Positions 34,583 to 43,278 of a DNA stretch of 54,198 nucleotides are shown one piece after another. The notes below the pieces were generated by a model. The model searched no databases. It was given only the letters and a program-made list of their open reading frames with translations, and was not told the origin of the DNA. The stretch is taken from positions 1-54,198 of the forward strand of contig JBECKV010000147.1 in NCBI GenBank assembly GCA_040235495.1. The letters are read 5' to 3'. Position numbers and translations under genes: made by a program. This stretch comes from Porticoccaceae bacterium (GTDB lineage: Bacteria; Pseudomonadota; Gammaproteobacteria; Pseudomonadales; Porticoccaceae). Position 1 is the stretch's first letter, and every line of letters begins with the position of its first letter.

Positions 34583-37231
34583 CTATTTCTGATCGAGCGC
34601 GGCTTTGAGTTGGTAGAGGACTTCCAGTGCTGCTTTGGGTGAGAGCTCGTCGGGGTGCGTTTGCTCCAGCAATTTCAGGGCAGGGTGCCGTTCGGAGGGG
34701 AGCGCAAACAGGTCGCTCTGGCGCGGTTCGGTTTGCGCCCCAGTGCTTTGACGGGCCTGATTTTCCAGCGTTTGTAACTCCCGTTGGGCGCGGTTGATCA
34801 CTGCGTCGGGAATGCCCGCCAGCTTTGCCACCTGGATGCCGTAACTCTGGCTGGCCGGCCCCTCTTCAACGCCGTGGAGAAAGACAATCCGGTCCTGGTA
34901 TTCGCCGGCGCTGAGGTGAACATTGGCGACGTTGGGCAGCTGGGCAGCCAGGGCGGTAAGCTCGAAGTAGTGCGTGGCAAACAGGGTGAAGGCCCTCAGG
35001 CGCTCGGCCAGATGCACGCCGCAGGCCATGGCTAGTGCAAGTCCGTCAAAAGTGGAGGTGCCCCGGCCGATCTCATCCAGCAACACCAGGCTGTGCTCGG
35101 TGGCATTGTTAAGAATATTGGCGGTTTCGGTCATTTCGACCATGAAGGTGGAGCGACCGCCGGCAAGGTCGTCGGAGGATCCGATGCGGGTAAAGATACG
35201 GTCCACCAGACCAATGATCGCCGCCTCCGCCGGGACACTGCTGCCGGTGTGGGCGAGCAACACAATCAGCGCGTTCTGCCTCATATAGGTGGATTTGCCG
35301 CCCATATTGGGCCCGGTAATCACCAGCATGCGCCGCCCCTTCCCGAGTTCCAGATCGTTGGGTACAAAGGGTGTGGCCTGCACCTGTTCGACCACCGGGT
35401 GGCGTCCACCTCTGATACTGATGCCTGATTCGCTGGTGAGTTCGGGTCGGCAGTAATTCAGCGCCATGGCTCTTTCCGCCAGATTGCACAGTACATCGAG
35501 CTGGGCCAGGGCGCTGGCGCAGCGTTGCAGTTCCGGGAGGTCGCGGCTGAGGTCCTCTATCAGAGCCTCGTACAAGGCCTTTTCCCTGGCCAGGGCCCGG
35601 CTTTTGGCGCCCAGGGCCTGATCTTCAAAGCTTTTCAGCTCCGGGGTGATATAGCGCTCGGCGTTTTTAAGGGTTTGTCTGCGCACGTAACGTTGCGGGG
35701 CGTCCCGCGCCTGGGCTTTGCTGATCTCGATGTAATAACCGTGGACCCGGTTGTAGCCCACCTTGAGGGTGCTGATACCAGTGGCGGCTTTTTCATCAGT
35801 TTCCAGCTTCAGCAAAAAATCCGACGCGTTAGTACCGATGGCACGCAGTTTATCCAACTCCTCATCGTAGGCGCTGGCGATGACACCACCATCTCGAATC
35901 ACGACCGGCGGGTTGTCGACGATTGCCCGGTTCAGCAAGTCCAATTGCTCCGGAAACTCGGAGATCTGGCTAGCCATGCCTGCGTTCAACACCTCGCTCA
36001 GCGGTGCGAGCAGGGTTTGCAGTGTCGGCAGCACCGACAGGGAATCCCGCAGTCGCAGCAGGTCGCGGGGGCGGGCCGAAGCCAACGCCAGGCGACTGAG
36101 GATGCGCTCCATATCACCGATATGGGCCAGTTGTTGCCGTATTGTTTCGTAGCAGTAATTGGCCTGAAGTTCGGCGATGCTCTGCTGGCGTTCCCCCAGT
36201 TTTTGTCGGTCGCGTAGGGGGCGGGTCAGCCAGCGGCGCAACAGACGGCTGCCCATGGCGGTCGTGCAACGATCCATCACCGCCAGCAGACAGTGTTCCT
36301 GGCTGCCGGTGCTGCTGGTATCGATTTCCAGATTGCGCCTCGTGGCGGCGTCGAGGACCACACTTTCGTCGCTGGCGTCATGACGGAGGGAACGCACATG
36401 CGGCAGGGCGCCGCGCTGGGTTTCCGTGGCATAGGTGAGCAGGCAGCCGGCAGCCTGAAGGCCGACAGTGAGGTGTTCGCAACCAAACCCCGCCAGGTCT
36501 TTGACCCCGAGTTGCTCACACAGCTTGCGTCGCGCCGAATTCAGGTCGAAATGCCAGTCCGGTTGAGCACGCAGACACTTGAATCGGGCCAGGACGCCGC
36601 TGCCTTCCAGGTATTCATCGCTCAGCAGTTCCGCGGGTCGCAGGCGCTGCAATTCGCCCTGCAGGGCTTCGAGCCCGACCACTTCCAGGACGTTAAAAGC
36701 GCCGCCGCTGATATCCAGAGAGGCCAGACCAAAGCGTTGCTTCGGCTCCAGTTCGACGCCGGATTGGGCCGAGTCGGCATCGGCGCCGGCGTTGCTTCTG
36801 GATTTTGCGCGCCCGGCGGTGACCGCCACCAGCAGATTGTCCCGCCGCTCATCGAGCAGGGCTTCATCGCTGACCGTGCCTGGGGTCAACACCCGGACGA
36901 CCTCCCGCTTGACCGGCCCCTTGCTGGTGGTGGGGTCGCCAATTTGCTCGCAGATGGCCACCGACTGGCCCATGCGAACCAGACGCGCCAGGTAGGATTC
37001 GGCAGCGTGGTAGGGCACCCCGGCCATGGGAATCGGTTCGCCGGCGCTCTTGCCCCGTGAGGTCAGGGTGACATCCAGGAGGTGCGCTGCTTTTTTGGCA
37101 TCATCAAAAAACAGCTCGTAGAAATCACCCATGCGGTAGAAAAGCAGAGTATCCGGATACTCTGCCTTGATGCCGAGATATTGCTGCATCATTGGCGTAT
37201 GCTGGTTGTCTGTGTCCGGGCGGGCTGTCAT
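34583..37231 (-). CDS. mutS: DNA mismatch repair protein MutS
   Basis: 882 aa. '[34 protein letters not shown]' mismatch-binding N-terminus. Walker A '[15 protein letters not shown]'. 'STFMVEM'. Confidence 0.98.
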   Translation of the reverse strand: MTARPDTDNQHTPMMQQYLGIKAEYPDTLLFYRMGDFYELFFDDAKKAAHLLDVTLTSRGKSAGEPIPMAGVPYHAAESYLARLVRMGQSVAICEQIGDPTTSKGPVKREVVRVLTPGTVSDEALLDERRDNLLVAVTAGRAKSRSNAGADADSAQSGVELEPKQRFGLASLDISGGAFNVLEVVGLEALQGELQRLRPAELLSDEYLEGSGVLARFKCLRAQPDWHFDLNSARRKLCEQLGVKDLAGFGCEHLTVGLQAAGCLLTYATETQRGALPHVRSLRHDASDESVVLDAATRRNLEIDTSSTGSQEHCLLAVMDRCTTAMGSRLLRRWLTRPLRDRQKLGERQQSIAELQANYCYETIRQQLAHIGDMERILSRLALASARPRDLLRLRDSLSVLPTLQTLLAPLSEVLNAGMASQISEFPEQLDLLNRAIVDNPPVVIRDGGVIASAYDEELDKLRAIGTNASDFLLKLETDEKAATGISTLKVGYNRVHGYYIEISKAQARDAPQRYVRRQTLKNAERYITPELKSFEDQALGAKSRALAREKALYEALIEDLSRDLPELQRCASALAQLDVLCNLAERAMALNYCRPELTSESGISIRGGRHPVVEQVQATPFVPNDLELGKGRRMLVITGPNMGGKSTYMRQNALIVLLAHTGSSVPAEAAIIGLVDRIFTRIGSSDDLAGGRSTFMVEMTETANILNNATEHSLVLLDEIGRGTSTFDGLALAMACGVHLAERLRAFTLFATHYFELTALAAQLPNVANVHLSAGEYQDRIVFLHGVEEGPASQSYGIQVAKLAGIPDAVINRAQRELQTLENQARQSTGAQTEPRQSDLFALPSERHPALKLLEQTHPDELSPKAALEVLYQLKAALDQK

Positions 37232-37373
37232 GCGGGGTGCTTTGGGTGCCGGGTAAAGGGCTGGATTTTACGCCATGGGCCGGAGCAGTAACATAGCGGC
37301 GGGAGCTTCATAAGGGCCTGGTCCAGTATTGCCAGTGGTCGGAGATTTGCGGCTGGAGCGACACTTAAAATAG

Positions 37374-37389
37374 CTGTATAGTTGTCCAG
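37374..37389. promoter_or_regulatory. SOS (LexA) box-like palindrome CTGT-N8-CCAG
   Basis: CTGTATAGTTGTCCAG fits CTG-N10-CAG. It is followed at once by TTATTATACT, a -10-like element. It lies in the divergent mutS/transposase intergenic region, about 65-80 nt upstream of the transposase start. Confidence 0.5.
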
Positions 37390-37454
37390 TTATTATACTT
37401 GACGTACCCACTTGCTTTTGAGACAATTACACCCATCGCAAGAGGATGATTGCC

Positions 37455-38378
37455 ATGAGTATTTTGTCTCAACCCTATTTCCATAACGAAGAAGCCGCAT
37501 ACGAGTTTATTGAGTCGAAACTCTGGCCCAACGGCCCGGTATGCCCGCGCTGCAAAGGCACTGAGCGAGTCGGCAAGATGGGTGGCAAAAGCACTCGCAT
37601 AGGCACCTATAAGTGCTACGGCTGCCGCAAGCCTTTCACCGTCAAGATCGGCACTATCTTCGAGTCTTCTCACGTCAAAATGCACTTGTGGCTGCAAGCC
37701 ATCTATCTGATCGCTTCCAGCAAGAAGGGTATCAGCTCTAACCAGTTGCACCGCACCTTGGGCGTCACCCTCAAGACCGCTTGGTTTATGTCTCACCGCA
37801 TTCGCGAAGCAATGAAAAGCGATGCACTGACCCCGTTTGGCTCTGGCGGTGGGTTGGTGGAAGCCGACGAAACCTATATGGGCAAACTGCCTCCCGGTCT
37901 CGGTAAAGGCCCTCACCTGAGCAAGAAGCGCAAGATACTGGCTCTGGTAGACCGTGAAACCAAGCAGGCTCGCTCTGTTGTGGTCGATAAAGTCTCCATC
38001 AAGACCCTTAAACCGATTATTGATAGCAACTTGTCCCGAGAAGCACAGTTGATGACCGACCAAGCCAAACACTACAAGCAAATTGGCGAAGGCTTTGCCG
38101 CGCATCACACTGTTAATCACTCTCAAGGGGAATATGTAAACAAGCAGAACCCCGTGCTGCATACCAACACCGTTGAAAACTACTTCTCGGTCTTCAAGCG
38201 AGGTATGAAAGGGACTTATCAGCACTGCGGGCACCATCATCTAAACCGTTATCTCGCTGAGTTCGATTTCCGCTACAATCACCGGGCGGCATTGGAATAT
38301 AGCGACCAGCAAAGAGCCGAAGCGCTCTTGATTGGTGTCGTTGGCAAGCGTCTTACTTATCAAACAGTTGCTCCATGA
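37455..38378 (+). CDS. IS1595-family transposase (ISXO2-like DDE)
   Basis: N-terminal zinc ribbon ('WPNGPVCPRCKG...YKCYGCRKPF'). 'VEADETYMG', 'LMTDQAKHY' and 'HTNTVENYFSVFKRG' match the DDE_Tnp_IS1595 layout. The ATG at 37455 has better SD spacing (AGAGGA) than the one at 37446. Confidence 0.85.
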   Translation: MSILSQPYFHNEEAAYEFIESKLWPNGPVCPRCKGTERVGKMGGKSTRIGTYKCYGCRKPFTVKIGTIFESSHVKMHLWLQAIYLIASSKKGISSNQLHRTLGVTLKTAWFMSHRIREAMKSDALTPFGSGGGLVEADETYMGKLPPGLGKGPHLSKKRKILALVDRETKQARSVVVDKVSIKTLKPIIDSNLSREAQLMTDQAKHYKQIGEGFAAHHTVNHSQGEYVNKQNPVLHTNTVENYFSVFKRGMKGTYQHCGHHHLNRYLAEFDFRYNHRAALEYSDQQRAEALLIGVVGKRLTYQTVAP

Positions 38379-38536
38379 AGAAAACTGGCGAAGAAACCCT
38401 CGAAAAAGTAAAAAAGGACGATGAAAAGCAGTCTCGGCGTTTTGTCGAGACTGCCATCCAGCAGCAGGCCGAACTAAAGGGCGAGAAATTTGAAAAGGCA
38501 GTTGACTCATTGAAAAAGAAACCCGGTTCGACCTAG
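38375..38536 (+). CDS. Hypothetical 53-aa Lys/Glu-rich protein (not in the ORF track)
   Basis: Hand translation gives MKKTGEETLEKVKKDDEKQSRRFVETAIQQQAELKGEKFEKAVDSLKKKPGST*. Its ATG overlaps the transposase TGA (ATGA). Its TAG overlaps the DUF3800 stop on the other strand (CTAG). I recognise no homology. Confidence 0.3.
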   Translation: MKKTGEETLEKVKKDDEKQSRRFVETAIQQQAELKGEKFEKAVDSLKKKPGST

Positions 38537-39429
38537 CTGCTTTTATCTTTGGCGTCTTTGAAAGAGAGATCGTAAACTTCCAACAGCTCTCTTGGCAGAG
38601 CGCTAACCTTTTTTACAAGCGCCTCTTGCTGCATACCCTGCATGAGATAGTAATCCATGTGCATAGAGTTCTTGGATGCCCTTATATTTTTCAGTTCGCC
38701 TTCCAACCAACCAAAATCAAAGCCGCCTGGTTGATCGGTATTTTTTCTAAGGCACCAAGCAAAAAGATCGGAGGCTTGCAGTGGTGGGAACGTGTCATCT
38801 GACCTGAAAACCACGTCTGTTGGCAATATTTCCCCTTCGTCTGGCGCGCTTAGCCGAAAAACTGCCCTGTGAAGCGGGTAATATTTTCGGGCGAGCAGAC
38901 CGGATCTTTTTTGCTCGTCAAAGATTATCTCAAAAGGCTCGCGAAGGCCGACTTCCCACAAATCGACAGCCAATCCTGAAATCATGTTTTGGAAACCCCA
39001 GTAATACGGGTCGTTCATTGGCTTCGTAAGCGCAGCGAAAGTTGATTCAAAATCTTGTAGGTCAACCGCAGAATAAAGGGAAAAATCCACATACTTGTTA
39101 ATAATTTTCGCAAGCGCTTTGAGTTTTGCGTCTCTCTCAGTTGACGACCAACAGTAAAAGTCGCCCTGGAGAGCTGCGGCATGGCGCATTTTCAAAATAT
39201 TAATCGACGGGCTTTCGGATAGAGTTTGCTGCCACTCGTCTGAAAACGCCGCCCAATTTTCAGCGCTTGCACCCAAGCCTGATAAAACCAAGGTTCCGCC
39301 TTGCCCTTTCCAGCCACTTTCGTCCACAAACACCGTTATTGGCATTAGAATACTCATTCTTCGCTGCCTTTCCGGTAATCCGCATAGGAAATCAAAACCG
39401 GGAGGCAACCAAACATTGGGAGTATTCAT
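38533..39429 (-). CDS. DUF3800-family protein (298 aa)
   Basis: The N-terminal 'ITVFVDESG' and C-terminal 'PLQASDLFAW' motifs match the DES...Q-x-x-D pattern I recall for Pfam DUF3800. Strong SD (GGGAG, 7-nt spacer) before the ATG at 39429. Lower G+C than the backbone. Confidence 0.72.
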   Translation of the reverse strand: MNTPNVWLPPGFDFLCGLPERQRRMSILMPITVFVDESGWKGQGGTLVLSGLGASAENWAAFSDEWQQTLSESPSINILKMRHAAALQGDFYCWSSTERDAKLKALAKIINKYVDFSLYSAVDLQDFESTFAALTKPMNDPYYWGFQNMISGLAVDLWEVGLREPFEIIFDEQKRSGLLARKYYPLHRAVFRLSAPDEGEILPTDVVFRSDDTFPPLQASDLFAWCLRKNTDQPGGFDFGWLEGELKNIRASKNSMHMDYYLMQGMQQEALVKKVSALPRELLEVYDLSFKDAKDKSS

Positions 39430-39472
39430 GGTATCAACTCCCTAACAAAATGGGTACGCGAAATATAAAATA

Positions 39473-39487
39473 CTGATAGTTGTACAG
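39473..39487. promoter_or_regulatory. Degenerate SOS-box-like palindrome (CTG-N9-CAG)
   Basis: CTGATAGTTGTACAG has the same 8-nt core (ATAGTTGT) as the 37374 box but is one nt short in the left arm. It lies in the divergent DUF3800/recA intergenic region, 162 nt upstream of the recA ATG and about 45-60 nt upstream of the DUF3800 ATG. Confidence 0.35.
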
Positions 39488-39648
39488 TAGTTTGACGATG
39501 GGCCGACCTGTGGTTACCGCAGGTCGCCCGCGTTGGTGGTTCTGGCTCGTGTGGGTACAATCGGTAGCGGCCCCCACGCAGCCCCATGCGGCCAAGAGGG
39601 CAAGGGTCAATGTTAACGGTGGTTTAACTAAATCTAGAGGTGGTTTCA

Positions 39649-40701
39649 ATGGATCCAAACAAGGAAAAAGCATTGCAGGCGGCGCTTGGCCAGATCGAGA
39701 GGCAGTTCGGCAAGGGCACTGTGATGCGCATGGGCGACAGGGAACACGTCGCCATCCCCAGTGTTTCCACCGGCTCCCTGGGCCTGGATATTGCGCTCGG
39801 CATCGGTGGTCTGCCAAGAGGCCGTATAGTTGAGATTTATGGCCCGGAATCCTCCGGTAAAACCACCCTGACGCTGTCGGTTATCGCCGAGGCGCAGAAG
39901 AAGGGCGGCACCTGCGCCTTTGTCGACGCCGAGCACGCGCTGGACCCCATCTATGCCGAGAAGCTCGGGGTCAATATTGACGATCTGATCCTGTCCCAGC
40001 CCGACACCGGTGAGCAGGCTCTGGAGGTCACCGATATGCTGGTACGGTCAGGCGCCATCGACGTGCTGGTGATCGATTCGGTGGCGGCGTTGACACCGAA
40101 GGCGGAAATCGAAGGCGACATGGGCGACACTCACGTGGGCCTGCAGGCGCGTCTGATGTCCCAGGCGCTGCGTAAACTGACCGGCAACATCAAGAATTCC
40201 AACTGTCTGGTGATTTTCATCAACCAGATTCGCATGAAGATCGGCGTCATGTTCGGCAACCCGGAAACCACTACCGGGGGTAACGCGCTCAAGTTCTACT
40301 CGTCGGTGCGTCTGGATATCCGTCGCATTGGCGCGGTCAAGGAAGGCGAGGAAGTGGTCGGCAACGAAACCCGAGTCAAAGTGGTGAAAAACAAAGTCGC
40401 GCCACCCTTCAAACAAACCGAATTCCAGATTCTTTATGGCCAGGGTATCAATCGAAATGGCGAAATCATCGATCTTGGCGTCAAGTGCGGTCTGATCGAC
40501 AAATCCGGTGCCTGGTATTCCTATAAAGGCGATAAGATTGGTCAGGGCAAGGCCAATGCCTGCCAATACCTGGGTGAAAACCCGGAAGTGGGTGCCGAAA
40601 TAGAAGATTTGATCCGCAAGGAATATATGGGCGGGCCGGCCAGGCCCACCAGTGCCGGCGGCGGTATGGAAGAGGAGGAGGCCGGCGTCATCGAGGATTG
40701 A
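39649..40701 (+). CDS. recA: Recombinase RecA
   Basis: '[23 protein letters not shown]' and Walker A '[10 protein letters not shown]'. AGAGG SD before the ATG at 39649. Confidence 0.98.
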   Translation: MDPNKEKALQAALGQIERQFGKGTVMRMGDREHVAIPSVSTGSLGLDIALGIGGLPRGRIVEIYGPESSGKTTLTLSVIAEAQKKGGTCAFVDAEHALDPIYAEKLGVNIDDLILSQPDTGEQALEVTDMLVRSGAIDVLVIDSVAALTPKAEIEGDMGDTHVGLQARLMSQALRKLTGNIKNSNCLVIFINQIRMKIGVMFGNPETTTGGNALKFYSSVRLDIRRIGAVKEGEEVVGNETRVKVVKNKVAPPFKQTEFQILYGQGINRNGEIIDLGVKCGLIDKSGAWYSYKGDKIGQGKANACQYLGENPEVGAEIEDLIRKEYMGGPARPTSAGGGMEEEEAGVIED

Positions 40702-40764
40702 GCCCGACCGGGTCTGACACCGGCCCCGGAACATCATGCTGAACCAAATGGCGGAGGGTTAACC

Positions 40765-41526
40765 GTGGATGCCTACCAGGAACTGGTCACGACGCTGGCG
40801 CTGGTCATGGGTGTTGGCTGGGCCAGTGGCATCAACCTCTACGCCGCTGTCGCCGTGCTGGGCATAGCTGGCGCCACCGGCAATATAGCGCTGCCCGCGG
40901 AACTGGCAAGCCTGGAAAATCCCCTGGTTATTGGCGCCGCCTGTCTGATGTACGTGGTCGAGTTCTTCGCCGATAAAACCCCTGGCGTTGATACCGGCTG
41001 GGACACCATCCACACTTTTATTCGCATTCCCGCGGGCGCTTTGCTCGCCGCCGGCGCCGTCGGTGATGTCACCCCGGCCCTGCAGATAGCCGCTGGGCTT
41101 GTCGGTGGCGCCATGGCCACCGGCAGCCATTTCACCAAGGCCTCGTCGCGGGTGCTGATCAATACCAGCCCCGAGCCTTTCTCCAACTGGGTTGCTTCCA
41201 TCGGCGAGGATTTGCTGGTGTTTGGCGGCCTGTGGACCATGCTCAATCACCCCTGGGTATTCGTCGGCGCCATGATTGTCTTCATCGTCCTGGTGATTTG
41301 GCTATTACCGAAAATCTGGCGATTGCTGCGGGCCGTATTCAGCCGAATCGGGCGTTGGTTGGGGCTGGTCAAGGAGGAGCCGGCATCTCGGGTCGGAGCG
41401 AGCCTCATCGAGGGCGAGCAAAATCCGCAAGGAATTTCCCAACAGAGGACTTCCCAACAGAGAGCTTCCCAACAGGGAACTTGCCAACCAGGGGCTTCCC
41501 GAGCGGGCCCTGCGGGAGATCAATGA
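40765..41526 (+). CDS. DUF4126-family membrane protein with a repetitive Gln-rich C-terminal tail
   Basis: GTG start with GGAGGG SD. The polytopic N-terminal ~200 aa ('GVGWASGINLYAAVAVLGIAG...VVEFFADKTPGVD') resembles DUF4126 as I recall it. The tail is encoded by 15-bp tandem repeats. Confidence 0.72.
   Translation: MDAYQELVTTLALVMGVGWASGINLYAAVAVLGIAGATGNIALPAELASLENPLVIGAACLMYVVEFFADKTPGVDTGWDTIHTFIRIPAGALLAAGAVGDVTPALQIAAGLVGGAMATGSHFTKASSRVLINTSPEPFSNWVASIGEDLLVFGGLWTMLNHPWVFVGAMIVFIVLVIWLLPKIWRLLRAVFSRIGRWLGLVKEEPASRVGASLIEGEQNPQGISQQRTSQQRASQQGTCQPGASRAGPAGDQ
41432..41506. repeat. Five tandem 15-bp repeats within the DUF4126 gene
   Basis: GAATTTCCCAACAGA / GGACTTCCCAACAGA / GAGCTTCCCAACAGG / GAACTTGCCAACCAG / GGGCTTCCCGAGCGG. 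They encode ISQQR-TSQQR-ASQQG-TCQPG-ASRAG. Confidence 0.8.
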
Positions 41527-41605
41527 ACGCAAATCCATCTTCAGACCGGAGACTGACTGGAGCCCGGCATACAAATACCGGCACACAAATAATAGTAAGA
41601 GTCGC

Positions 41606-42118
41606 ATGAACGACAAGCGCTCAAGCCATGGCGACAATGTCGCGAGTGCCGATGACTCGGCCACCCGTGCCAACCTGCGCATCGCCGCCATGAACCTGCT
41701 GGCCAGGCGGGAACACAGCCGCGCCGAATTGGCTGACAAATTGTCCCGCCGACTCCCGGTTCCGGGTGCTGACTCACGGCTGTTGAATGAGGTGCTGAAC
41801 AGGCTGGGCGAGGATGGCCTGCAATGCGACCATCGCTTTGCCGAGGCTTTTCTTCGGGCCCGCTATAACAAGGGGCAGGGGCCGCGCCGCATCAAGCAGG
41901 AACTCATTCATTGTGGTGTGGCATCGGCGCTGGTCAGCGAAATTTTCGCCGCCAGCGGGGTAGACTGGTATGCCCACGCCCGCTTCGTGGCGGAAAAAAA
42001 ATATGGCGAGGGACCACCGAAGGATATGCGTGACAGAGCCAGACGTATGCGGTTTTTGCAATATCGGGGCTTTGAGGCTGATCAGATTAGCCTGGCGCTG
42101 GGCGGTGAAGCGCCGTGA
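41606..42118 (+). CDS. recX: Recombination regulator RecX
   Basis: 170 aa. 'AAMNLLARREHSRAELADKL' and 'GPRRIKQELIHCGV' match RecX helical-repeat proteins. Located in the recA neighbourhood. Confidence 0.88.
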   Translation: MNDKRSSHGDNVASADDSATRANLRIAAMNLLARREHSRAELADKLSRRLPVPGADSRLLNEVLNRLGEDGLQCDHRFAEAFLRARYNKGQGPRRIKQELIHCGVASALVSEIFAASGVDWYAHARFVAEKKYGEGPPKDMRDRARRMRFLQYRGFEADQISLALGGEAP

Positions 42119-42183
42119 AACATTCTGACCGCGCAACCGCCGTCTCCGGCCTGGCAGTTCACCTGGCTTGCCGCGGGTATGTG

Positions 42184-43248
42184 CTAGACGTGTGTTAAAC
42201 CCTGTTTGCCCGAGTGCTTGCTGAAATACTCCACTAAACGCCAATCCGCCCAACTCCCCAGGCGATAATTCCTTATATAACCGCAATGGCCACCATGGGC
42301 GGTAACTTCTATTTGCAGATGCGCCGCGCCCGCCACCGAGGGCAGATCGACGACCGGGATAATCGGGTCATCCTCCGCCGTTAGCAGCAGGGCGGGGATG
42401 TCCAGTTCCGCAAGGCGTTTGCCGGTCAGGGCGTAGGCGGCGAAATAATCCTCCGCCCGTTCATAGGGGGTATGTTCGGGAATGAAGAAGCGATTGATAT
42501 CGGCCAGGGTTCGGCTCCTGTCGAGTTGTTTCTGATAACCCAATTCCGGGAAATAGTGCAGCTTGTTTTGCAGCGTGTCGCGCCACTTGCGGTAAAAATA
42601 AAACTGGTAGGGCGACAGGGGATTTTCGAGAATGGCCATGGTTCTGGCCGGGTCCAGTGGCGGGCACACGGCCATGGCCGATTTCAGGCCCAGGTGCTTG
42701 CCATGGTCCGCGGCGATGCGCAGGGCGAAATTACCCCCCAGGGAATAGCCGGCCAGAAAGGAGTCTCGAGCTTGCAGCTGCTTGATAATAACGCCTATGG
42801 CCCGGCTGACTTCATCGGTCAGGGTGGCGTTAAAAAGAGCCGGGTTCAGGTGCAGGCTGGGTCCGTGGTCGCGGAGGTTGAGGCGGAAGACATCAAAACC
42901 GGCACTGACCAGGGCGTTGGTGGCGGTGGTCATATAGGTGGACGTATAACAGCCCTCCCAGCCGTGCAGCAGGATCACCAGGGGGCTGCTGTCATTTGAC
43001 GCTTGACCGGCGGACGCCCGATTGCTGGTTTCATCAGGTCGCCTGGCGCGATTAAGGGCGCCGATCAGGCGCACACCACCACCGCAGTCAATCAAACGAG
43101 GTTCCTCGTGTTGACCCACCCGTTGTATGCTATGCCGTAAGCGGACCTGGCGCAGGCGGGATCCCACCATTAGGGTTTGGAGATGACCGCTGCGCAGGGC
43201 AAAGGGGGGTGTGAAGGCCATGGCTTTATCGTTGCTTGGAAAGAACAC
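42184..43248 (-). CDS. Alpha/beta-fold hydrolase (YheT-like)
   Basis: 'SGHLQTL', 'VILLHGWEG' and the nucleophile elbow 'GYSLGGN'. The GTG at 43248 has GAGGG upstream. The ATG at 43221 is an alternative. Confidence 0.8.
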   Translation of the reverse strand: MFFPSNDKAMAFTPPFALRSGHLQTLMVGSRLRQVRLRHSIQRVGQHEEPRLIDCGGGVRLIGALNRARRPDETSNRASAGQASNDSSPLVILLHGWEGCYTSTYMTTATNALVSAGFDVFRLNLRDHGPSLHLNPALFNATLTDEVSRAIGVIIKQLQARDSFLAGYSLGGNFALRIAADHGKHLGLKSAMAVCPPLDPARTMAILENPLSPYQFYFYRKWRDTLQNKLHYFPELGYQKQLDRSRTLADINRFFIPEHTPYERAEDYFAAYALTGKRLAELDIPALLLTAEDDPIIPVVDLPSVAGAAHLQIEVTAHGGHCGYIRNYRLGSWADWRLVEYFSKHSGKQGLTHV

Positions 43249-43278
43249 CTTAACCCTCGAAATTCTATAGGAAAGCGT

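Larger units (their letters stand above)
37403..39458. mobile_element. Putative IS1595-family element or IS-associated islet (ends unresolved)
   Basis: It contains an IS1595-type transposase and two non-backbone ORFs, and its G+C is visibly lower than its flanks. The only inverted terminal match I could see is CGTACCCA (37403-37410) against TGGGTACG (39451-39458), with partial AT-rich extension. This is weak, so the boundaries are provisional. Confidence 0.35.

Noticed and set aside
37403-39458. Clean terminal inverted repeats and an 8-bp target-site duplication for the IS1595 element.
   Set aside because: I found only an 8-bp inverted core (CGTACCCA/TGGGTACG) with patchy AT-rich extension, and no convincing 8-bp direct duplication immediately outside it. 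The IS boundaries are therefore left unresolved rather than asserted.
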